41,701 bases of DNA from Alphaproteobacteria bacterium (GTDB lineage Bacteria > Pseudomonadota > Alphaproteobacteria > JACZXZ01). The stretch lies in assembly GCA_035625535.1 (NCBI GenBank), contig DASPPM010000037.1, forward strand, positions 1-41,701, written 5' to 3'. The notes below the pieces were generated by a model that searched no databases, had not been told where the DNA came from, and worked only from the letters and a program-made list of their open reading frames with translations. Positions 1 through 7,980 of this stretch are shown one piece after another (the first letter of the stretch is position 1; every line of letters starts with the position of its first letter). Made by a program: the position numbers and the translations under genes.

Positions 1-788
1 GCGCAGATCGCGGCGGCGAGCAGGACCGCCGCCTCCGCCGCCTGCTGGGCAGCGCCCAGCACGTCGCCCGTATAGCCGCCGAGACGGGAGCGGGCAAGCA
101 CGCCGATGCCGCCGGCTGAGGCTAGGCCCAAGGCGAGCGCGACTAGGGCGGCGAGAGGTCCGAGCAGGAGCACCGCGGCGAGGACGCCGAGCGCCGCTGC
201 TGCCGCGACCGTCTCCTGGCGCGGGCGTGCGACCATGGCCCCGAGCCCGTCGCGGCGGGCCGGCTCGAGAAAGAATGTCAGCAGCGGCAGGAGGCCGCGC
301 GAGGCCGCCGCCGCGGCGATAAGGGCGGCCGCTGCTGCGGCGGGCTCGGCGAGCTGGGCAAGCGCACCCGCGCGCGTGCCGACGCTGAAGAGGAGCGCGA
401 GTGCGCCATAGCTGCCGAGCCGGCTGTCACGCATGATGGCGAGCCTATCCGAGGGACTGGCGCCGCCGAGCGCATCGGCGAAGTCGGCGAGCCCGTCCTC
501 GTGGAAGGCGCCGGTCGCCGCGATGGTGAGCGCGAGGGCGAGCAGCGCCGAGAGGTATGGCGAGAGGCCGATAAAGCCGGCGAGGGCGTAACCGATTCCG
601 CCTGCGCACCCGATGGCGAGCCCGATGAGAGGTGCCGCACGCAGTGCGTCCGCCGCTTCCCGGTCCGCAATCTCGCCCTCGCGGCGGATCGGCAAGCGCG
701 TGAAAAGGATGGCGGCGATGCGCAGATCGTCGGCCCAGCCGCGCGCCAGGCTCGACCAATCGAAGCGCTGCCAATCGAAGTGTCCCAT
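1..788 (-). CDS. cobS: Adenosylcobinamide-GDP ribazoletransferase (cobalamin synthase CobS), first ~262 codons; 3' end lies beyond the window
   Basis: Hand translation of the minus strand from the ATG at 788-786 gives MGHFDWQRFDWSSLARGWADDLRIAAILFTRLPIRREGEIADREAADALRAAPLIGLAIGCAGGIGYALAGFIGLSPYLSALLALALTIAATGAFHEDGLADFADALGGASPSDRLAIMRDSRLGSYGALALLF... FTRLP, H-x-DGLAD-x-AD and IMxDSRxG are CobS hallmarks. The gene is absent from the ORF track because there is no stop codon inside the window. Confidence 0.75.
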   Translation of the reverse strand, partial: MGHFDWQRFDWSSLARGWADDLRIAAILFTRLPIRREGEIADREAADALRAAPLIGLAIGCAGGIGYALAGFIGLSPYLSALLALALTIAATGAFHEDGLADFADALGGASPSDRLAIMRDSRLGSYGALALLFSVGTRAGALAQLAEPAAAAAALIAAAAASRGLLPLLTFFLEPARRDGLGAMVARPRQETVAAAAALGVLAAVLLLGPLAALVALALGLASAGGIGVLARSRLGGYTGDVLGAAQQAAEAAVLLAAAIC

Positions 789-829
789 CTCGCTTCCCCC
801 GGCGAAGTGTCCTATCTCGCTTCCCCCGG
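776..829. repeat. Perfect-but-one 27-bp tandem duplication covering the cobS RBS and start codon
   Basis: 776-802 (cgaagtgtcccatctcgcttcccccgg) is repeated at 803-829 (cgaagtgtcctatctcgcttcccccgg). The only difference is c786 versus t813, so the proximal copy carries the ATG (cat on plus) and the distal copy reads ATA. Confidence 0.9.
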
Positions 830-870
830 GCGTGCGCCGGCCCCACCCCTCACGCCTCCCTGCGCGGCCC

Positions 871-1704
871 TCACTCCCCCATTTGCAGAAGCAGCCCGCG
901 CCGTCGCGCAATGCGGAAGAAGCCGAGGAAGGCGGAACCGCCTGCGACGAGATAGACCGCGTTGAGCGCAAGCGCGGAGAGGATCAGATCGGTGCGGAAG
1001 ACGTGCTCGAACATGACGGCGCGCATGCCCTCGAACACATATGACATCGGCAACGCCCAGGCCAGCGGCTGCAGCCAGTCAGGCAGCGTCGAGATCGGAT
1101 AATAGACGCCGCTCAGGGGTGCCAACGCGAAGATGGCGAGCCACGCGAGACTCTCCGCACCAAGGCCGTAGCGCATAATGCAGCCCGAGACGGCGAGGCC
1201 CATTGCCCAGCCGAAGATCATGAGGTTTGCGAAGAAGGCGATGAGCGGCAATCCCATGGTGAAGATCGAAAAGGAGTAGAGCGGGATCGCGATGAGGGCT
1301 GCGGGCACCACGCCGATGAGGGTGCGCAGCAAGCTCATCGCGGCAAGCGAGAGCATGAGCTCGTAAGGCTGCAAGGGGGTGACGAAGAGCTGGCCGACAT
1401 TGCGCGCCCAAACCTCCTCGAGAAACGAGACCGCGACGCCAAGCTGACTGCGGAACAGCACGTCCCACAGCAATACGCCGGCGATCAACACGCCGCCGGC
1501 GCGCGCCAGCCACGTGCTGTGGGTCACGAAGAACTGCGTGATGAGGCCCCACAGGATCACCTGCACGGTCGGCCAGTAGATGAGCTCGGCAATCCGCGGC
1601 CATGAGCCGCGCAGGAGGTAGAAGTAACGCAACGCCATCGCCCAAACGCGCCGTGCCGAGAAGAAGGCGGGGGGCGCCTTCGCGTCAGCTCGCCCGCTCG
1701 TCAT
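871..1704 (-). CDS. ABC-2 type transporter permease
   Basis: This is the C-terminal 277 aa of track ORF 871..2652, starting MTSGRADAKAPPAFFSARRVWAMALRYFYLLRGSWPRIAELIYWPTVQ... It is a polytopic membrane protein with ABC-2 architecture. Its ATG at 1704 overlaps the stop of the upstream ATPase gene (ATGA), suggesting translational coupling. The track ORF sequence upstream of this ATG is an open-frame artefact. Confidence 0.8.
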   Translation of the reverse strand: MTSGRADAKAPPAFFSARRVWAMALRYFYLLRGSWPRIAELIYWPTVQVILWGLITQFFVTHSTWLARAGGVLIAGVLLWDVLFRSQLGVAVSFLEEVWARNVGQLFVTPLQPYELMLSLAAMSLLRTLIGVVPAALIAIPLYSFSIFTMGLPLIAFFANLMIFGWAMGLAVSGCIMRYGLGAESLAWLAIFALAPLSGVYYPISTLPDWLQPLAWALPMSYVFEGMRAVMFEHVFRTDLILSALALNAVYLVAGGSAFLGFFRIARRRGLLLQMGE

Positions 1705-2462
1705 TGCGCCGCCTCCTCCGCCGCCCTGCGTGCGATGTCGAGAAAGACCTCTTCGAGGTTGCGCCGCCCGTAGCGCGCGATGAGATCGGCGGGCGAGCCC
1801 CGGTCGACGATCCGCCCCGCCTTCATCATCAGCACGTCCGAGCAAAGGCGCTCCACTTCCAACATGTTGTGGGAGGCGAGCAGCACGGTGGCCCCCGTGC
1901 GCAGGCGGTAACGCTCGAGGAAACTGCGCACCCAATCGGCGGTATCCGGGTCGAGGGAAGCCGTGAGCTCGTCGAGCAGCAGGAGCTCGGGCTCGTTCAA
2001 GAGCGCCTTGGCCAGGGCCACGCGGCTGCGCTGGCCGGCCGAAAGCGTGCCCGTGGCGCGCTTCAGGAAGGGGGTCAGCATGAGCTCCTCGGCGATCTCC
2101 TCCACGCGCTGGCGTACGTTCGAAATGCCGTAGAGATGGCCGTAGACCGTGAGGTTCTCGAACGGCGTCAGCCGCTTCGGCATCTCGACATAGGGGGAGG
2201 AGAAGTTGATCCGGTGCAGGACGCGATGGCGGTGACGAAGCATGTTCTCGCCCAGCACCTCGACCGTGCCCTCGCTGGGCAAGAGCAGGCCGAGCAGGAT
2301 CGAAATCGTCGTGGTCTTGCCCGCCCCGTTGCCGCCGAGAAGCGCCACCGTGGTGCCCTCGGCCAAGCTGAAGCTCACGCCATCGACGGCCGTCACGGCG
2401 CCGAAGCGCTTGGTGAGGCGATCGACGCGAACGACCGTTCGACGAAGGGTAGGGGCGGGCAT
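1701..2462 (-). CDS. ABC transporter ATP-binding protein
   Basis: Starts at the internal ATG at 2462 of track ORF 1701..3239 (MPAPTLRRTVVRVDRLTKRFGAVTAVDGVSFSL...). Walker A is GGNGAGKTTT, the signature motif is LSAGQRSRVALA, and Walker B is LLLLDELTASLD. The protein is 253 aa. Confidence 0.9.
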   Translation of the reverse strand: MPAPTLRRTVVRVDRLTKRFGAVTAVDGVSFSLAEGTTVALLGGNGAGKTTTISILLGLLLPSEGTVEVLGENMLRHRHRVLHRINFSSPYVEMPKRLTPFENLTVYGHLYGISNVRQRVEEIAEELMLTPFLKRATGTLSAGQRSRVALAKALLNEPELLLLDELTASLDPDTADWVRSFLERYRLRTGATVLLASHNMLEVERLCSDVLMMKAGRIVDRGSPADLIARYGRRNLEEVFLDIARRAAEEAAQ

Positions 2463-2582
2463 CCGGCCAATATGGTTCGTACGCGCCGCCCTGCCAAGGC
2501 CGGAAAGACCCGCTCCGGCCCCGGCCGCGCGCTTGGCCTCGGCGTTGGCCGCGGGGCGCCGCCGCGCTAGACTTCGCAACCT

Positions 2583-3944
2583 TTGCCATGCGGCGGAGCG
2601 GGAGAAGGGACGATGGTCGCGGCGCACGACTTGGGTCACGCGGATTTCCCAAACAATGACAGCCGCGGCAGGCTCAAGCAGCGTACCCTGGTCCTGATCC
2701 GCTGGATCGCGGTCGCAGGCCAGGCGGCGGCGATATGCGTCGTACAATTCGGCATAGGGCACCGCCTGCCCCTCGTCCCCGCCCTCGCAGTCGTGGCCGC
2801 CTCGGCGGCTCTCAACATCGTGGTGGGACGCTGGCGCAACTTGCGCAGTCTGCTCAGCGACGGGGAGGCGACCCTCTACCTCGGCTACGACATGGTGCAA
2901 CTCTCCGTGTTGCTCTATCTCACGGGCGGCCTGGTCAATCCCTTCGCCGTGCTCATCCTCGCCCCGGTCATCGTGTCGTCGACCGTGCTGTCGCGCGCCA
3001 GCACGATCGGCCTTGGTCTTCTTGCCGGCGCCTCCATCTCGCTCCTTGCCGTGGCCCATCTGCCGCTGCCGTGGCGCGAAGGCTCCTTCGAACCGCCCAC
3101 GGTCTATGTGCTCGGCATCTGGTTGGCGCTCATGCTCAGCACGCTCTTCATCGCCGCCTATGTCGGCAGCGTTTCGGAGGAGGCTCGCCGCATGTCGCAG
3201 GCGCTGTCGGCGATCCAGCTCGCACTTGCGCGCGAGCAACGCCTGGCTTCCCTAGGGGCGCTTGCCGCGGCGGCGGCGCACGAACTCGGCAGTCCGCTCG
3301 CCACGATCGCGCTGGCGAGCAATGAGCTTGCCCGCGAGCTGCCCGAAGGCAGCGCGCTCCGCGCGGACGCCGAGCTTCTCATGAGTCAGAGTGCCCGATG
3401 CCGCGACATTCTCGCCGAGCTCGGGCGGGCGCCGGGGGCGGAGAAGCGGCTGCCGTTCACGCGGCTGCCGCTCTCGGCGCTCGTCGAGGCGGCGGCAGAG
3501 CCGCACCGCAACCCGGCCGTCGAGCTCATCCTTGATGCAGCCCCCGCCGAGGAAGCGCCCGAGGACTCGCCCGAGCCCTTTGTCACGGGCGGTCCCGAGA
3601 TCCTCCATGGGCTCGGCAATCTGATCCAGAATGCCGTTCAGTTCTCCCGCAAGGAGGTGGTGGTGCGCCAACGCTGGAACTTCTCGGAGGTCACCGTCGA
3701 GGTGATGGATGACGGCCCGGGAATCCCGCCTTATCTTCTCGAACGAATCGGCGAACCCTACCTCTCAAGCCGGGCGCAAAGGGGCCTCCATATGGGGCTC
3801 GGGATTTTCATCGCGAAGAATCTTTTGGAACGTACCGGGGCCGAGCTCAGCTTCATGAATCGGCCGGAAGGCGGCGCCAAGGTTACGGTGCGCTGGCAGC
3901 GCTCCGCGATAGAGCCCGCCGGCGCTGAAGAGGTGAGGCGATGA
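2583..3944 (+). CDS. regB: Redox-sensing histidine kinase, RegB/PrrB/ActS family
   Basis: The N-terminus is multi-TM and contains the quinone-site heptapeptide GGLVNPF (GGxxNPF). The H-box is AAAHELGSPLATI. A conserved redox-box cysteine sits in SQSARCRDILAEL, and there is a C-terminal HATPase region (DDGPGIP...GLGIFIAKNLL). The gene overlaps regA by ATGA. The true start could instead be the ATG at 2613. Confidence 0.9.
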   Translation: MPCGGAGEGTMVAAHDLGHADFPNNDSRGRLKQRTLVLIRWIAVAGQAAAICVVQFGIGHRLPLVPALAVVAASAALNIVVGRWRNLRSLLSDGEATLYLGYDMVQLSVLLYLTGGLVNPFAVLILAPVIVSSTVLSRASTIGLGLLAGASISLLAVAHLPLPWREGSFEPPTVYVLGIWLALMLSTLFIAAYVGSVSEEARRMSQALSAIQLALAREQRLASLGALAAAAAHELGSPLATIALASNELARELPEGSALRADAELLMSQSARCRDILAELGRAPGAEKRLPFTRLPLSALVEAAAEPHRNPAVELILDAAPAEEAPEDSPEPFVTGGPEILHGLGNLIQNAVQFSRKEVVVRQRWNFSEVTVEVMDDGPGIPPYLLERIGEPYLSSRAQRGLHMGLGIFIAKNLLERTGAELSFMNRPEGGAKVTVRWQRSAIEPAGAEEVRR

Positions 3945-4516
3945 CTCCGACACGTGCGGATGGCCTGCGCGATGGGGGCTCCGGCGAGGACAGAGGGCGC
4001 CTCTTGATCGTCGACGACGACGAGCCGTTTCGCACCCGCCTCGCGCGCGCCATGGAGCGCCGCGGCTATCAGGTGACATCGGCGGACAGCGTGGAGAGCG
4101 GCATTGCTGCCGCGCGGACAGCCCTGCCCGCCTTCGCGGTCGTCGATCTGCGCCTAGGCGAAGGCAGCGGGTTGGACGTGGTCAAGGCCTTGCGCGAGGC
4201 GCGCAACGATGTGCGCATCGTGGTCTTGACGGGGTACGGCAACATTGCCACCGCCGTGGCGGCGGTCAAGGCCGGCGCCATCGACTACTTGCCGAAGCCC
4301 GCGGATGCGGACCAGATCGAGGCGGCGCTCAAGGCCCATTGCAGGCCCTTGCCGCCGCCGCCCGACCATCCCATGACCGCGGATCGGGTGCGCTGGGAGC
4401 ACATCCAGCGCGTCTTCGAGCAATGCGGTCGCAACGTCTCGGAGACGGCGCGCCGGCTCAACATGCACCGCCGGACGCTCCAGCGCATCCTCGGCAAATA
4501 TGCGCCGCGGGAATAG
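3941..4516 (+). CDS. regA: Response regulator RegA/PrrA/ActR
   Basis: Has a receiver domain (LLIVDDDEPFRTRL...VVDLRLGEGSGLDVV...LTGYGNIATAVAAVKAGAIDYLPKP). The near-invariant RegA helix-turn-helix is present: VSETARRLNMHRRTLQRILGKYAPRE. Confidence 0.93.
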   Translation: MTPTRADGLRDGGSGEDRGRLLIVDDDEPFRTRLARAMERRGYQVTSADSVESGIAAARTALPAFAVVDLRLGEGSGLDVVKALREARNDVRIVVLTGYGNIATAVAAVKAGAIDYLPKPADADQIEAALKAHCRPLPPPPDHPMTADRVRWEHIQRVFEQCGRNVSETARRLNMHRRTLQRILGKYAPRE

Positions 4517-4703
4517 CGAAAGGCGGCTTCGGTACCGCTCGTGGTTGCGCCTGCAGTTTGCGACATTCTTTGCAGATTGCATTTGCAGAATGGTACAGAG
4601 AGGGTTCACAGATGCGTCCCAACCCCTGCAAAACTCGGCCGCTGCCCGCCCTGCCAAACTCCACCGAGCGCGGCGCCTCTCCCGGGCAAGACAGGAGAGA
4701 ATA

Positions 4704-4732
4704 CTAAATCTAGATTCAGATGCATCTAAATC
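4704..4732. promoter_or_regulatory. Candidate operator: two adjacent perfect 10-bp palindromes flanked by a direct ctaaatc repeat, in an AT-rich patch
   Basis: aatctagatt (4707-4716) and agatgcatct (4718-4727) are each self-complementary. ctaaatc occurs at 4704-4710 and again at 4726-4732. The site lies in the 480-bp noncoding region between regA and the first EPS gene. Confidence 0.35.
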
Positions 4733-4925
4733 ACAACATATTGTGCCCCCGCTTCGCCTTCAGACTATTCTGCCTGGCTCGAGCGGGCGGGCGCGCTGCG
4801 CTCTAAGAGGGCCGATGACGCCCTCCGCCATCCCCGGCATGCATGGTGCAAAGCAAGCCTCGCGGCCCAAGCTCTGCGTGGAGCTTGGGAACCTAAGCTG
4901 CCGGACCGTGAAAGACGGGCTATTC

Positions 4926-4954
4926 TTGTCATGAGTCTTGGCAGCGCGTATAAA
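4926..4954 (+). promoter_or_regulatory. Candidate sigma70-type promoter for the EPS export operon
   Basis: TTGTCA (4926-4931), a 17-nt spacer, then TATAAA (4949-4954), ending about 40 nt upstream of the ATG at 4996. This is a pattern match only. Confidence 0.35.
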
Positions 4955-4995
4955 AAGAGATGGGCGAGAAATAGCTAGTTAGGGAGCCCAAGGGG

Positions 4996-6426
4996 ATGGT
5001 CGAGAGCTTTATCCGGAACAATCGCGCCCTCGGTGGATTGGCCTTTGGCGGAATGCTTGGCCTTTCCCTCGCGCTTGCAGGACCGGTCTCGGCTACAGAC
5101 GCGCCGGCCGGAGCCCCTGCGGGTGTCGCCCCTGTCACCGCGACTGAAATTCCCTCCGGCACCACGGCCGGCACGGCCACAAATGCCGCCCCCAACGCCG
5201 CCCCGCAGAATGCGGGCGCCCCTGCGGGCGCGCCTGCGGGCGAGGCCGCAGCGGCCCCGGAGAAGCCGTACATCGGCCCCTCGGCCAAGCCAAACGAGAT
5301 CCCTGCCGGGGCGGTCGTCCCCAAGGCGGCGGCGCTGCCGATTCCGCCGCCGGCACCGACTTTGGCCGAGCTGCCGGCAGTTCAGGTTCCGCCAGAGGTG
5401 GCCCAGGCGGCCATTGATGAGAACCCCGCCGGAGATGCCAAGGTGCGGGAGTTCCTCGTGGCCGACCACGCCGACGCCCAGGCCATCACGGACCGTGGGC
5501 GGGCGCTGGTGCGCGACCTCTTCAACAATCCTGCCGCCCAGGACAAGTTCTTGGACATCTCCCAGCACGTTGCCGAGCTCACGGCTAATGTCGTGAAGGA
5601 GGTCGCGGGCGGCCAGGTTCAGAGGGTGGCGGTCGACAAGCGCTACCTGCCCGGACCCAACGACAAGGGCGTCAAGTTCGGCGCCGCCGATACCTCGTTG
5701 CCCTCCGGTTTTGAGCTGCTCACTCCCCAGGATCCGCGCGTCAAGGGCGTGAACATGCGTGTCATCGCCTTGCCGCAGGGCGACCCGATGACGGGCAGCG
5801 GGATCGTCGGCTTGCGCAGCTTTCAAATCGATGTGCCGAACGGCGACTATCGCGTGATTCTGCTGACGGCCGACTCAGGGCAGCCGGATACCGCCGAGGC
5901 TCCGTTTGGCGCCGAGGTCACGGTCAATTCGGTCGCGCAAAATGTGGCCCTCAGCGAGCCGAGCAAATGGACCGGGAACGGCACCCTCTCGACTCCACCT
6001 GAAGCAGCGCCTGCCGAGAAGCTTCCGGGCGCGCCGCCGGCCACCGACACGCTCCCCGGCACCAACAACCAGGGCGGCGTCACCACGCACCAGGCCAGTG
6101 GCTCGGGCAGCGGCGGCGCCCTCGTCGTGACGACGCACGTCGGCGACAACCGGCTCGACGTTTCGTTTACCCCTCCGGCCGATCGCCCGAACCAGCAGAC
6201 CTTCATTGTCGGGATGATCGCCGAGTCGACGACCCACCCCTCCGGCCTTCAGGGGGTGATCAATCCATTGGATGTCCAGAACGCCATCATGGGCGATGCC
6301 ACCAGCTTGTTCAACCCGCAAGCTGGCGGAGCCGGTGCGGGCGGCACCGGGGCGATCCTCGACCCGCAAGGCACCACGACGCCACCGCCTTACTCGAACA
6401 TTGTCCCGCTGGCCAGTCCGGGGTGA
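4996..6426 (+). CDS. Exported protein of unknown function, with a Pro/Ala/Gly low-complexity N-terminal half and a possible beta-sandwich carbohydrate-binding C-terminal half
   Basis: An AAGGGG RBS precedes the ATG. The signal peptide is MVESFIRNNRALGGLAFGGMLGLSLALAGPVSA/TD. PAGAPAG-type repeats follow. The C-terminal part (NGDYRVILLTADSG...VTVNSVAQNV...GDNRLDVSFTPP...FIVGMIAE) is reminiscent of malectin/CBM-like folds, but I cannot verify that. It is the first gene of the EPS export block. Confidence 0.7.
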   Translation: MVESFIRNNRALGGLAFGGMLGLSLALAGPVSATDAPAGAPAGVAPVTATEIPSGTTAGTATNAAPNAAPQNAGAPAGAPAGEAAAAPEKPYIGPSAKPNEIPAGAVVPKAAALPIPPPAPTLAELPAVQVPPEVAQAAIDENPAGDAKVREFLVADHADAQAITDRGRALVRDLFNNPAAQDKFLDISQHVAELTANVVKEVAGGQVQRVAVDKRYLPGPNDKGVKFGAADTSLPSGFELLTPQDPRVKGVNMRVIALPQGDPMTGSGIVGLRSFQIDVPNGDYRVILLTADSGQPDTAEAPFGAEVTVNSVAQNVALSEPSKWTGNGTLSTPPEAAPAEKLPGAPPATDTLPGTNNQGGVTTHQASGSGSGGALVVTTHVGDNRLDVSFTPPADRPNQQTFIVGMIAESTTHPSGLQGVINPLDVQNAIMGDATSLFNPQAGGAGAGGTGAILDPQGTTTPPPYSNIVPLASPG

Positions 6427-6464
6427 TGCGCGACCCGCTCATCGACGCCCTCCTTTGACGCTGC

Positions 6465-6495
6465 GGGCCGACGGTTGGGGGACAGCCGTCGGCCC
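6465..6495 (+). terminator. Stem-loop downstream of the exported-protein gene
   Basis: gggccgacgg (6465-6474) pairs perfectly with ccgtcggccc (6486-6495) around an 11-nt loop. The trailing T-tract is weak (gaactttgag), so it may be a partial terminator or a processing site. Confidence 0.45.
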
Positions 6496-6653
6496 GAACT
6501 TTGAGAGATATCATCACAATGTGTTGTGGTCCCGACACAACCCCCGGGATTCGGCGGGGGCGGCGCCGTGGCGGCCCAATGGTCATTGCGGCCCGGGTTT
6601 CGAAAAGGCATAATAAAATGAAAGGAATGGCCGCGATCTGATGAGGAGGGGTC

Positions 6654-7946
6654 GTGAGGCGGGGGGCAGTGCGCGGGCGTTTAGGCTTTTTCGCAGGCGC
6701 CCTGTTGGCGCTTTTCATGACGAACACCGCATGGGGACAGAACCCTGATTTCCCGAACGCCCAGGTCGAATCCGTCACGGGTCGGCAGCGTACCGACTTT
6801 CAGTCGCTCGGAATCGAAGTCGGAAATTTCATTCTCCACGGCGCCCTTCAGGGCGAAGGCGAATATGACAGCAACGTCTTCCTCACGCCGAAAGCGGAAG
6901 GCGATTTCGTGCGACGCCTGAGGCCCAGCCTCGGTCTGGCCGGCGAGGTCGAGGACACGACCATTCAGGTGAACGCCGACGCCGAAGCGACGTGGAACAA
7001 AAAGTTTCACGCCAACAACTACATCGACTTCAACAGCGTCGCCAGCGCCAAGCACGACATCACGGATGAAAGCAACATCACGCTGACCGCCCGCGAGGCG
7101 CGCATCCACGAGATGCGCGGCACGGTCAACGATCCCGGTACGGCGTGCGGGCCGAACCAGTATGACCTCACCGTGCTCACGGCCCAGCCCCAATTCAGCG
7201 CCGCGCCCTATATCGGGTCGGTCAAGATCGAGGGCCGCTATTTCGATTGGCTGCCCAATTGCGGATTCTCAAACAGCGACCGCAGCGTCCGCGAGGCCTA
7301 CGTGAATACCCGCGAGGGCTATCAATTCGACAACGGTATCACGGCATTTGTCGAGCCGAGCTATGAAGTCCATCAATTCATCAAGCGGGTCGACCGCGAC
7401 GGCATCAACCACGACTCGCAGACCTATCAGGGCCTCCTGGGGGTCAGCTACGACGCGCTGCAGAACGCCAACCTCGAGTTCAGCGCCGGTTATTTCTACG
7501 AAACCTTCTTCGCCAAGCACCAATTCCTCGGCACCGAGGCGGTCCCCGCAAGCGTCAGCGGCTGGTCGGTGCAGGGTACGGGGCTGTGGAATTTCACCGA
7601 GGACATGACGCTTACCGGGTCGATCAGCCGATCGAACTCGGACGTGCTTCCGTTCAACTTCACGATCGACACGACCGTGGACGAAACGACGGCGGCCTTG
7701 CTGCGGCTGGATTGGGAGACCACCGACCATCTCGTGACCTATATCCTGGCCACCGACCACTACGACCAGTACCCGGGGACGTCGCTCAATGAGAACACGA
7801 TTTCAGCGAGCGTGGGCGGTACCTATTATGTGAATCAGTACCTTTCCTTCGAGCTGCAATATGTTTACTCTATGCGGGACTCGACGCTCTCCACGCGGAA
7901 CTATACCGACAACCAGATATTCTTCCGGGTGAATGGGCAATATTGA
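6654..7946 (+). CDS. Outer-membrane beta-barrel protein associated with polysaccharide export
   Basis: GTG start preceded by GAGGAGGGG. The signal peptide is ...LLALFMTNTAWG/QNP. The sequence has an alternating, aromatic-rich beta-strand pattern throughout and ends in ...NQIFFRVNGQY, with the terminal aromatic residue typical of OMPs. Confidence 0.75.
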   Translation: MRRGAVRGRLGFFAGALLALFMTNTAWGQNPDFPNAQVESVTGRQRTDFQSLGIEVGNFILHGALQGEGEYDSNVFLTPKAEGDFVRRLRPSLGLAGEVEDTTIQVNADAEATWNKKFHANNYIDFNSVASAKHDITDESNITLTAREARIHEMRGTVNDPGTACGPNQYDLTVLTAQPQFSAAPYIGSVKIEGRYFDWLPNCGFSNSDRSVREAYVNTREGYQFDNGITAFVEPSYEVHQFIKRVDRDGINHDSQTYQGLLGVSYDALQNANLEFSAGYFYETFFAKHQFLGTEAVPASVSGWSVQGTGLWNFTEDMTLTGSISRSNSDVLPFNFTIDTTVDETTAALLRLDWETTDHLVTYILATDHYDQYPGTSLNENTISASVGGTYYVNQYLSFELQYVYSMRDSTLSTRNYTDNQIFFRVNGQY

Positions 7947-7980
7947 GTACAAGTTTCAGGCGCTTAACCCAGGCGAATCC

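Noticed and set aside
789-870. Cobalamin riboswitch upstream of cobS (also considered for 37700-37960).
   Set aside because: The cobS leader is only 82 bp and is occupied by the 27-bp duplication. I could find no B12-box-like core in either region.
871-3239. Track ORFs 871..2652 (593 aa) and 1701..3239 (512 aa) taken at face value as large proteins.
   Set aside because: Only the C-terminal parts look like real proteins (ABC-2 permease from the ATG at 1704, ATPase from the ATG at 2462). The upstream extensions are Arg/Gly-rich read-through and overlap regB on the other strand.
4939-4954. Sigma54 promoter (tggcag...).
   Set aside because: TGGCAG is present, but the -12 element (TTGC at the correct 5-nt spacing) is absent (cgcgt ataa). 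The sigma70-like reading fits better.
5100-5260. PAGAP-encoding repeats shared between the 476-aa protein and the CpxP-like protein (38745-38790), considered as a dispersed repeat or mobile element.
   Set aside because: These are short low-complexity coding repeats (GC-rich Pro/Ala/Gly codons) in signal-peptide-proximal linkers. There is no extended nucleotide identity or terminal repeats.
4996-6426. The exported 476-aa protein as a LapA-like BTLCP substrate.
   Set aside because: I found no (T/P)AAG-type di-alanine cleavage motif near its N-terminus (only AAP, AAL, AAQ and AAI contexts). There is no RTX/T1SS signal and no T1SS genes. It is kept only as a loose possibility in the findings.
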